A DNA stretch of 64,000 bases, from the NCBI GenBank assembly GCA_963693365.1, contig CAVNZM010000003.1, positions 10,136,101 to 10,200,100 on the forward strand, read 5' to 3'. Shown piece after piece: positions 53,750 through 62,945 of this stretch. Below the pieces are notes generated by a model. That model was given only the letters and a program-made list of their open reading frames with translations, did no database searches and had not been told where the DNA came from. Source of the DNA: Amoebidium appalachense. Lineage: Eukaryota; Protista; Ichthyosporea. A program made the position numbers and the translations under genes. The stretch's first letter is position 1, and each line of letters opens with the position of its first letter.

Positions 53750-54907
53750 ATGCAGGGAAGGTCGCGCGGCTGGCAGACACTCTTTGGGCCCGTTCGCCCA
53801 TTTGCGAACCGAAATATGAAAGACACAGGCCAACACTACCGGGGAGTATATTGGAATGGTAAAGAGGGCAAATGGTATGCAAAGATAGGAAGCCACATTT
53901 ATGTCGGTTCCTACGAAAACAGTCGCACGGCTGCACGGCAGCGGGATTTGGTCATTGATTTGTTGGTGCAGAAGGGGGTGTTGGCTCACCGATACCTAGA
54001 TTCTAAAAATGTTAGCCTCGGGAATTTGCGTAAATTCAAACCGACAGCCGATGATTTGGATTGGGCAGAGGAGTGGTGGGCCAAGAAAACAACAAAGGCG
54101 AAATCGTCAGTGTACAAGGGCGTAGCCTACAAAATTAGCAATATCCAAGAGCCGTGGCGCGCGTCTTATCGGAAGGATGGTGTTTCTCATTACGGCGGGA
54201 ACTACGCGACAGAAGTGGAAGCGGCACTTGCAAGGGACAAGGTGATACGTACTCTGGAGATTTCAAAGCGAGAGAAACTAACTTAAGGCGCCTAAACTTC
54301 TATCTCCCTGGCGATTATTTGAGTGTCGAGGAAGCAGAGCAGGCTGGGTGCATAGGGGTGTCCTTCCACACAGCCAGATCCCATTTACCCAACCCTTACG
54401 AAGTGCGCCGAGGGGATAGAACTGTTTCGGGTACCCAACCGAAATCCCTCGGCTGCTTTGCCTCGGTCACCGAAGGAGGCCGGGCATACGATCGAGACGC
54501 ACTGGCTGCATGGGCGCAGCAAAACGGACCACGCGGCCCCCTGCCCCCAACCAACTTCTGTCCGACCGAATACGGACACAAACTCCCTCAGCTGCCGCCA
54601 CCAATCCACAACCCCACGATAGCAACCAAAGACGAAGGCTCCGGTGGTGTTACGCATACCGCTGCCGACGAACATTCCCAACCACATCATCCCCTATGCG
54701 ACCCAAGAAATTGGCGGTGATGCCAACAATTCACCTCAAAGCAACAGGCAGGCTAAATCGACTCCACAGAGCAACAGCAACGACGGCCCGTTGGCTGTTG
54801 GTGACGTCACTGACCGGAATAATGACGACGTGGCGGGACAACACAACTCCCACTCGGATGCAAACGTTAACTTTCAGGCAGGGGTGGGGCAGAAAAGAAT
54901 GGTTTAA
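53750..54907 (+). pseudogene. Protein with three AP2/ERF DNA-binding domains; frameshift at ~54270 and possibly ~54690
   Basis: AP2-like repeats YRGVYW..GKWYAKI..YVGSY..TAARQRD; SSVYKGV..PWRASY..GNYATEVEAALARD..RLNF; IGVSF..SLGCFASVTEGGRAYD..PTNF. May be the last exon of an upstream gene (tatgcag| at 53754). Confidence 0.75.
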
Positions 54908-54992
54908 GTGTGGTAGGTGGTCAGATACGTATACAGAGGTGGGCCCCGGGGACACATAAGGTACTCTTATAGGAGAAAAGAAGGTACTACAA

Positions 54993-55063
54993 TAAGGGGC
55001 GCGGCACCCCGTGAATGGTGACGTCACAAGTGACGTCACATTCACGCGGTCCCGCACCCCTTA
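54993..55063. other. Imperfect ~35-bp hairpin with two self-palindromic GTGACGTCAC arms (T/Y-shaped)
   Basis: taaggggcgcggcaccccgtgaatg GTGACGTCAC aa GTGACGTCAC attcacgcggtcccgcacccctta: 3 mismatches and 1 bulge. Confidence 0.85.
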
Positions 55064-55326
55064 GGATATGGGATATGTGAATATGAGATATGTGATATCT
55101 GTGTACACATATCGCGATATGGGATATATGTGATATGGGTGGATATATGTACATGAGCACGTGCACACACTGTGTGTGTGTGTGTGTAAAACACGTGCAG
55201 AGCACGTGGTTTTAACTAAATGATTAAACAATTAAAGAGAGAGAGGGCGTGTCACGTGTACGCGTACGTGTACGCGTACATGTGGTGCGTACACAAGTGC
55301 GGATCAAAGGAATGCGAAGGTTTGCG

Positions 55327-55503
55327 CAAGGCGTCCAATGGGTTCGAATTCTGAATTCCATGTACAAGGCGTCCAATGGTATTACGGATGCGCAGGGTGG
55401 CCAATGATAATTCGGCTCAAAAAAGCAAATTGCCGCACAAGGCGTCCAATCGGAATCTAGACTGGCACATGTGGTTCTAGGTGTCCAATGAGGGCACAGG
55501 GAA
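55327..55503 (+). promoter_or_regulatory. Cluster of GGCGTCCAAT (CCAAT-box) motifs upstream of the 305-aa ORF
   Basis: CAAGGCGTCCAAT at 55327, 55365 and 55438; GGTGTCCAAT at 55480; GGCCAAT at 55399. Confidence 0.55.
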
Positions 55504-55668
55504 CAGGGATTACGGTCCTCATTGGCCAGAAACGCACCCTGCATCCTACCACCGTGTACATAAACAGCCGCACACAGGCAACATCTCACCAACCAAACAT
55601 GAGCCAGACAGTCACAGTCGAGGTGCACACCACAGTAACGTTCACCACACCCCCCAAGCAACAGCAAA

Positions 55669-56586
55669 ATGGTCAAGCCAACCCTGCTGCGTCAAATGAC
55701 TGGTCTGTCCACCGTCAAAAGGACCAGCATCGCCGCGGCAAGCAGTGGCAAAGAAAACATCAACAGCAGCGTTGAGGGGGCCAAGATGGTGCTGTACAAG
55801 GAGGTGTTCCTCAATGGTGTGGGCAAGGCCACCATGGGTGCACCCTGGGTCATGAACGACGTGCTGGTGGTGCAGCTGTACAACCTGCCCAACATCAACA
55901 TCAACGGGCAGATGTTGATTGAACTGGGCACCCACCTGTCTGCCTACGACAAAACCACAATCAAGATCAAGTCCCAGCGCCACCCTGAGCCCTTTGAGGT
56001 GGCCTACGCCGTTGGCCTGTGGCCCTACGTGTGCAGCATGGCCAAGGACGTGCTGTGGATGCACAAGGACCACGAGATGCTCAAGGATGTCGATCTGGAC
56101 ACCGTTGCCGTCAAGACCAGCAGCAGCCTGTGGTCCAGACACAGCCCCAACCTGTACGAGGTGCTGGGTGCCAACCCCGTCAGCAAGGCGGACATGGAGG
56201 GGGCACTGGGCGACACCTACTTCAACGTGACGGTGGAGCTCCCCAACCCCACTGGCCGCAACCCCTGCCTCTTCAAGCTGGGCAACAACGCGGCCTCTGT
56301 GGATGAGTTTGTGGAGTTTATGAACTCCCAGCGTGCCAAGTGCCGTGAGGTTACTGCATGGGTGTCTGCTGCCGCCACCAGTGTCATCTACAACAAGAAA
56401 AGCAACACTGTGCGCACCAAGCTCGTTGCCCGCAAGGTTCAGGTGTTTGATTTAGACGGTCTGATGGAGTTGGTCAGTGATGGTGCGGGTAGTGAGGGGG
56501 AGGGGGGTGATGTAGACATGGGGCAGGCTAAGCGTGCTGGCACGCCCATGCCTGGGGAGGACAAGGCCAAAATGCTCAGGATGTAA
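55669..56586 (+). CDS. 305-aa viral-element protein, possibly a T7 gp2.5/NCLDV-type ssDNA-binding protein
   Basis: Intact intronless ORF with strong codon bias. C-terminal beta-rich VTAWV..SVIYN..VRTKLVARKVQV followed by an acidic/Gly tail. The ORF is secure; the function is tentative. Confidence 0.6.
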   Translation: MVKPTLLRQMTGLSTVKRTSIAAASSGKENINSSVEGAKMVLYKEVFLNGVGKATMGAPWVMNDVLVVQLYNLPNININGQMLIELGTHLSAYDKTTIKIKSQRHPEPFEVAYAVGLWPYVCSMAKDVLWMHKDHEMLKDVDLDTVAVKTSSSLWSRHSPNLYEVLGANPVSKADMEGALGDTYFNVTVELPNPTGRNPCLFKLGNNAASVDEFVEFMNSQRAKCREVTAWVSAAATSVIYNKKSNTVRTKLVARKVQVFDLDGLMELVSDGAGSEGEGGDVDMGQAKRAGTPMPGEDKAKMLRM

Positions 56587-56967
56587 TAGGCACATGTCTG
56601 TTTATTCAGAATCTCTTTACCTCCGGGTGATGCCACGAAATAAACTTCTTCCCAAAAAAAAAAAAAACACTGTGTACCGCCGCGACTGAGTTGACTTAGT
56701 ACGTACATGAGTGAGAGAGTAAATGATTGCGCCAACTTGAACTTTGCGTAACTTATGAGCCAATGAAATCAAGCGAAATTGAATGTTACGTAATATTACG
56801 TATACACTTTTTTCTCCCATGTGCACTCTATCAGCTGTCGGCTCTCTCAGTCTCGTCTCGTTTTCGTTCGTTTTTTTGTGAAGAAAAAACTTAGAAAAAA
56901 CTCTTAAACATTTTCACAATCATCTCTTTTCGCACTTTTAGGTAGCAACACTTAGAAGTTACACCAC

Positions 56968-57056
<89 letters not shown>

Positions 57057-57142
57057 ACGCATGCATGCACACGTAGAAGGGTGTGGTAGGGTGACTGTTG
57101 GTTGCCTTTGGTTTTTTATTTTTATTTTTGTTTTTATTTTTA

Positions 57143-57207
57143 TTTTTCGTTAAAAATTTCATAGATTTTCGTTAGAGCCTTTTTGGCACACACACACACA
57201 CACACAT

Positions 57208-57252
<45 letters not shown>

Positions 57253-57664
57253 TGCAGGCACACGTGTGCAATGCACCATAGTAGTCTTCAACTTGTGCTC
57301 TGTTTTTTTTCCTTGGATCTTTTTGCCGTCGGTTTTCTTTGTAGAAAAAAAAAAACGTGAAAATAAAGGGCTCCGCCCAATGCATCCACAGATCACAAAG
57401 TTTTTTATTTTTTATCGTTAAAATCTTCATAGATTTTTGTTAGAGTGTTTTGGCACACACACAAGCACACACATGCACACACATGCACACACACGCACAC
57501 GTGCAGGCACACGTGTGCAATGCACCATGGTAGTCTTCAGCTTGTGCTCTGTTTTTTTTTCTTGGAACTTTCGTAAAAAAACAAAAGTTTATTTTTGCCG
57601 TCGGTTCAATTCTTTGTATAAAAGAAGAAGAAAAAAAAACGTGAAAATAAAGGGCACTGCCCAC
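57143..57664 (+). repeat. Degenerate tandem duplication, ~270-bp unit x2
   Basis: cgttaaaa..catagattt..gtgcaggcacacgtgtgcaatgcacca..aaacgtgaaaataaagggc occurs twice. Confidence 0.85.
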
Positions 57665-57788
57665 TATGTATACACAAATCACAACGGTGTCTATGTTAAT
57701 GAGACCATGGCATGCTCAAACTTTAAGGTACTTTACTAAAAAAATTAAAAATGGCAAAGTTTAGGGCACTGCCCCCCTATCCTGTGCA

Positions 57789-58890
57789 CTAGCCCATGTA
57801 GCCTTGGTTCACAGTCTTGAGGGGCGGTGCCGCTGAGGTACGGAGTAAGTTAGGCACCCGGGTCCTACCGTAGAAGTAGGGGGCACCGACCGTCATGTTG
57901 TTGTTGTTGTTGTTGTAGGGGGTGTTGCTGTTGGTGCTGCTGCTGCGGAGGGGGGCAAGGTTTTCCTTCTCCTTGGGGGCAATGTCGATGAACGTGCCGG
58001 ACTTGCGCCGTGATGGTGCCTCCTTGTGGATGCTTTTCTTGATCAGCCCTGCAAACACAATCTTCTCACCTGCACCATACATACGCTCATTCGCAACCCC
58101 ACGCAGCAATGCCTGCATGTCATGGAGGACATCCATGGCGACCCCTTTGAAGAGGGGCGTGGACTTCAACTTGGCTGCCTTTGCAGTGGCCACCATGGTC
58201 TGCAGGAAGCCAGCAACAACACGAGCCAGGTGGCGGGCCACCTCTCTCTCCCTGTGGGGAGTGAGTCCTGCCTTGCACATCCCGACGATGGGCTCCCAGT
58301 TGGCCTCTATCTCCTCCAGGTACCTCTGCATGTAGTCGCCAACCAACTGAGGGTCTGTCTCTACCTTGTGCCTAGTGGATCTCTCATGCTCTGTGAACTG
58401 CGGTAGGAGGATGTCTACCACAGCAGCAGCCACCCCCTTGAGCATGACGCGTTGCGGCACGCGAGTGTTGCCAAAAGCGACTTGCCGTGCAGTTCAGCCA
58501 GTTCTGCAGGCTCAGAGATGGTACCACGCACCAGCATCTCAGGGAGCCATGCCCCATCAAAGTCATCTAGACCCGTGAAGCGTTTTTGGAAGTAGACTTC
58601 GCCCCCTGCATCATAGCCAGCGAAGAAGTCACCTTTCTTGGCGGAGAGGAGGAAGGACGCTGCGTTGGCGGAAACACTGGGCTGTGCTGCATACCCCTCA
58701 GCAAGCGTGCGGTAGGATGCGTAGAAGGGTTGAAGCAGAACAGTGTCAAGATCCAAATCTTTGAGATGCCAGGAGAAGGTGCGGCCAGGAGGAGGCCTGC
58801 GGGCTGGCACAGAATGATGGCTGCTGCGGCGGCAGCAAGAACATCAGCATCGTCTAGAGCTAGAGGGGGCAGGAAGGAGAGGCCTGCCAT
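57789..58890 (-). pseudogene. Hypothetical ~365-aa protein split by two frameshifts
   Basis: Three overlapping minus ORFs (58567..58899, 58415..58810, 57789..58460) with coding-like composition; aaaccATG start at 58890. Confidence 0.5.
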
Positions 58891-59173
58891 GGTTTCCAAA
58901 GTTCGCTGCTTGCAAAAAGACCAGGCTAGAGTGGCTTAGAATATAAGAAAAAGTGTTTGAAGAAGGAACGTTTGCAGGTGGCTTTTGTGCCCTCCATTGC
59001 ACACACGCTGCCGTGCTCCAAAATTCGGTGACTCCTGCTGCACTAGGCGTCCAATAGGAGCACAGGGGAGTCGCCAATGGAATGCAAGTCAGCAAAGGCT
59101 ACAGCATTTTGATTGACCGCTCGCACCGCCCGCCAACGGTTCCCTGCACACTTACCATAAACGGAAGGTTCCA

Positions 59174-59761
59174 TTAGAGGATGCCGCGTCCCGATACGTT
59201 TGGCGACCTGGCTGGCGGCCAGACGTAGGGCTTACCGTCCACAACTTGAAGCACCTGCGTACCGCCCCCTCCGCCCCCTCTCCACTCGTAGCTGTTTCCC
59301 TTGCGTGTGCCTGCAGCATTCAAGTTATAAGGACCATATCCCAACGCATTCTGGGTGTTGTGCAGCAGGTAGTTGCCCGCATCCCTCGTGCCATTCCTCA
59401 GGGTCTTCCACGCACTGAATGCACCATTCTGCGCGCCCTGCCCTGCACGCTGCGTGCCCTGCACGGCAGCATCGCCTGTGGCACGCGCAAACCCCTTGAT
59501 CCCCTTGAACACCGTCCCCCCCGCCTCCTCCGCCTTCCCTGCAGTGTAGGTGGCAGCATCCGCAGCCTTGTTGTACATGTAGTTGCCCACCCCCCTCGCA
59601 ATGTCCCCCTTGTGCTTCCACGCATAGTACCCCCCTGCCCCCAAGGCTGCACCGCCCGCCAGGGCCCCCACCCACTTGGCTACCTCTGACGCCTTGTTTG
59701 GCTGGTTCTGCACGTAGATGACACGCGTGTTGCCGCTCCTGCCTCGCGATGACACCCCCAT
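59174..59761 (-). CDS. 195-aa Gly/Ala-rich protein with one hydrophobic segment (putative virion/membrane protein)
   Basis: caccATGG start; VAKWVGALAGGAALGAGGYYAW followed by amphipathic Ala/Gly helices. Confidence 0.6.
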   Translation of the reverse strand: MGVSSRGRSGNTRVIYVQNQPNKASEVAKWVGALAGGAALGAGGYYAWKHKGDIARGVGNYMYNKAADAATYTAGKAEEAGGTVFKGIKGFARATGDAAVQGTQRAGQGAQNGAFSAWKTLRNGTRDAGNYLLHNTQNALGYGPYNLNAAGTRKGNSYEWRGGGGGGTQVLQVVDGKPYVWPPARSPNVSGRGIL

Positions 59762-59858
59762 GGTGATGTGACTTGCACGCCTACTTATGCATGCACAATA
59801 TTTTTATTTTTGTTCGCCAAGTGCCCGCTTGGCCTTGGCCTACTACGTACACTAACGG

Positions 59859-60122
59859 TCAGTGCATGGGCCTGCCATGTGCACGCCTGAGTGCCGCAAA
59901 GGTGGGTCTGGGGCGAGCAAATCGGCCTGCTGCAGACCCTGCCATGGTGCTTGGTTTGAGGAAGAAGGGGTGGCGGGTACCGTGCGGGCATATCTTGTCC
60001 GCAACGGCCCGTGCCATCGCCTGCTGGCCATAGTAGCTAAAGTCTGTGTGCGTGGCGTTTGACGTGCGGGCGGTGAGGGGCTGAAACTGGTCGTTCAGCA
60101 CGATTTGGTAGGTGTTGGCCAT
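59859..60122 (-). CDS. ~87-aa small protein with Arg-rich C-terminus
   Basis: caccATGGCC start; packed between its neighbours; tail RFARPRPTFAALRRAHGR. Confidence 0.45.
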   Translation of the reverse strand: MANTYQIVLNDQFQPLTARTSNATHTDFSYYGQQAMARAVADKICPHGTRHPFFLKPSTMAGSAAGRFARPRPTFAALRRAHGRPMH

Positions 60123-60189
60123 GGTGTGCACGCACTACATACACTCTAACACACATTTTATGATCTAGCCCCAACTAGTAGATCTTAAG

Positions 60190-60736
60190 CTAGAAATCCA
60201 GCCCCAACACGCCCCCTGCCTTTGAGCTGCGCGGGTATGCCTCAGGCACCCACGACACTACACGTGGTCCCCCAACAGGCTGGGGCTCCGTGAACAAAAG
60301 CAGGCACACGCCCTCGGGCGATGGCCTCTTGAACCCCTCAAACTTGATCCTGCCCCGCAGGATGCGTATCTCTGCGGCGTACCTGAACGCCAGGTCATGG
60401 AACCAGCGTGCCTCCGTGCGTGCGGGCACGAGGAGCACGCTCTTTCTACCCTTGGATATGTACATCCGTATGGCCTTGCGTAAAAAGGGGGGAATCTCAG
60501 AGAAGGGAGGGTTGACATAGTTTATTTTCTCGCTGGACCACACGCCGTCGTCTGTGAGTGCGCAAGGGTCCTCCCCCCTCCCGCCAGGTGATGGGGCAGG
60601 GGTCGTTGAGTGCGCCAAACTCCTTTTCGAGTGCACCCAGCACCCATGCAGGCGTCTGCACCTTGTCAGTGTCCACTCCTGCCTTCCTCTTGTCCTGTGT
60701 AGCCTTGTACACCCCGCAGCAGCTGCCCAACCCCAT
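60190..60736 (-). CDS. Phage Dam-family (T1/HP1-type) DNA N6-adenine methyltransferase; one frameshift in a G-run at ~60575
   Basis: Joined frames give DKVQTPAWVLGALEKEFGALNDPCP..CALTDDGVW..YVNPPFSEIPPFLRKA..SVLLVPARTEARWF..AAEIRILRGRIKF. Confidence 0.85.
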
Positions 60737-60969
60737 GATGATCCGCACAGCTGGTCCCGCACCTGTGGGCCGCCAAAATTTCGCGGGCCACGGGTCGGGC
60801 CGGGCCGGGCCGGGTCGCGGCAGGGCCGGCTCGGGTCGGGTCGACCCGGAGAAGTCCGGGTCGGGTCAGGGCCTGCGGCCCGCACATGGGCGATTAGCCT
60901 GATATGGCAGTTACCCATTTGGGCTAGTTTTGAAGGCTGCCGGTTGGTGGGGCGTCTTTGTTTTTTTTT

Positions 60970-62297
60970 TCAAGACGGGCGTGCACGCCTTGCGCTGCGC
61001 CTCAGCACCACTTGCTCCTCTTGGTGTTCAAACGCCAATTTTTTGAGTTCCCGTGCCTTGCGTTTTTCTTTGTCTTTCTGCGTCTGTGCACGCGTGCCCT
61101 TGTGGCGTGCAAGTTCACGCCCTTGAAACGCCAGCTCCTCACGGGCTTTTTCCTTGGCGGTCTCCTTGCGGGCAGCGCGCATCCCGCTGCTGGGCGGTAC
61201 AGACACGCTGGTAGGTGGCACCTTCTTTAGCATGGTGTCTGGCCAAGCGTAGCGTAGGCCTGGCGTGTGTTTCCTCATCCCCCCTGTGGCTGCGTTGCGT
61301 AGCGCCCACCCACTTGCATCCTTGTAGGCGAGCGTGTAGACGTCCTTGGACCAGTTTCTGCCCTCCTTTTCAAACGGTCCCTTTGGCTTTTTGAGTGCAC
61401 GCACGTGCACGCCCTCCGTGTGCCCCATCTTGGCACGTAGCTCACCCTTTTGTTTCCTGTTCTCCAGCCACGTGTTGATGCTGTTCCACCGTTCGGCCCT
61501 CTGGGTCATCTTGTTGGGCTCTCTACCGATCGAACCATGGTACGTGTCGTTGTAATCCTCCAACACATTTTCCAACCCTTCCCCCGTCCACTTGCCCGTG
61601 TCGTTGGCCTCCATGTACTTGCTCAATCCTTGCTTTAGGGTGCGATGGAACCGTTCTACCATGGCCACGTTGCGTGGTTTTCGGCCTGGCTTTTGCGGGA
61701 GGATGGTGATGTCGTGTTGATCGTAGTACTTTTTCATTGTATTGCTGAGGAACTCCGTGCCCTTGTCCGTAAAGATCTGCTTTACCTCTGTAGGTTGTAG
61801 GTTTTCCTCCCCCTCGTTGCTTTCGTCCTTCATCTCCCTGATGGTCTTTAACGCTTTGTGCACTGCCCTCTGCATCTCCCCGGCGGCCCGTTGCTGATGG
61901 TGAGGTGCTCGTTTTTCCCGCTCCCTGAGCTCTTTGTTTTTATGGGCACGACCGTCGCCTGCCTTGTGTTCATGTCAATCATGCTCAATCCCCCCTTGTA
62001 CCACCTGTTTGCCTTTGAGTAACGCGGCATAAAAAACAGATCGGCAGCCACGCTGTTTGGCCGTGCTGTGGTGGTGAGGTAGTCCTTCCTCTCGATACGA
62101 TGGGGGGCGAGCACCTCCTTGAGGGATTCCTGCTGCCCGGTGTTTCTTCTGGACAGGTAGGCACGCACGGCCGGTTGCCCTACCCTCTTGTCTTTTGCTT
62201 TTGCACGCCGCCACAGTGCCTGCACGGTGGGGGGGAGCTTGAAGGTGGCGTAGGTCTCCTCAATCACCTGCTCAATGCCCTTGTCTCTGGCCACCAT
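60970..62297 (-). CDS. Polinton/Maverick-type retroviral-like (rve) integrase; one frameshift at ~61880-61940
   Basis: N-term VQALWRRAK..VRAYLSR; D1 VAADLFFMP; D2 IFTDKGTEF; E VAMVERFHRTLK; YNDTYHGSIGREP; C-term HVRALKK..FEKEG.NWSKDVY. Confidence 0.88.
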
Positions 62298-62318
62298 GGT
62301 GGTTTCCTGTGCTCGCTA

Positions 62319-62894
62319 CTAGTCGGTTGACACTTTCTCCTCGGGCACCCTTCTTGGCCTGCGGGTGTTGGTGGTCTTTCTGGTCGTTTTTTTGGCCTTG
62401 GGGGCAGGGGGTGCCTGGAGCTTGATGGGGTGGTCGGGGATGAGGGGGTGTGGGTGCAATGGGGTGACGTCCTTTTCCGTGTCCGTGCTGCCTGTGCTTG
62501 AGGCCATACCCTCATCATCGTCGAGTAGGGTGAGCACGGCGGATTGTAGCTCTTGTGGTGGGGGAGGGGGTGACTGGGGTGGGGAGGGGAAGGCAAAGAG
62601 GGGCTCAAAGGGGGGTGTAGGGGAGAGGAGGTCGTGGGGGAAAGGGGTGTCTGGCCGGGGGGAGGGGGTGGGGTGCTCGTGCAGTAGCACCTCCCTGATG
62701 GTGCTTGCATTCTCTTTCAACCACTCTGTAAAGGGTCTCCACTCTAGCCCCTTTTCTGTGCAAACCAACATCTCCCCTTCCTTGGGCGGGTGTTTTGGGA
62801 ACACGAGGTCGTAGGCTTCAGTAGATGGGTGGGCTAGCACACCCACGTACCCGCCTGCACGCGTGAGCAGATTGAGCCTGGTTACGTTAGACAT
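62319..62894 (-). CDS. 191-aa protein: fibre-like N-terminal motif plus Pro/acidic/basic disordered tail
   Basis: GGYVGVLAHP..YDLVFP..EGEMLVCTEKGLEW resembles the GYVG..Y.L.LP..GQVL..G.L.W motif of phage/virus fibre proteins. Confidence 0.5.
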   Translation of the reverse strand: MSNVTRLNLLTRAGGYVGVLAHPSTEAYDLVFPKHPPKEGEMLVCTEKGLEWRPFTEWLKENASTIREVLLHEHPTPSPRPDTPFPHDLLSPTPPFEPLFAFPSPPQSPPPPPQELQSAVLTLLDDDEGMASSTGSTDTEKDVTPLHPHPLIPDHPIKLQAPPAPKAKKTTRKTTNTRRPRRVPEEKVSTD

Positions 62895-62945
62895 CTTGGT
62901 CTTGTTTTTCCCTTTTATTATGGTTGCACATTTTTTCGTACGGAG

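Noticed and set aside
55064-55150. Link between the viral GATATG iterations and the GATATC fields of the 38.6-47.3 kb transposon
   Set aside because: Only a short motif is shared; no longer homology seen.
60190-60918. 242-aa MTase ORF as given in the track
   Set aside because: Its N-terminal part translates the GC-rich intergenic island; the real N-terminal motifs lie in the 60497..60748 frame.
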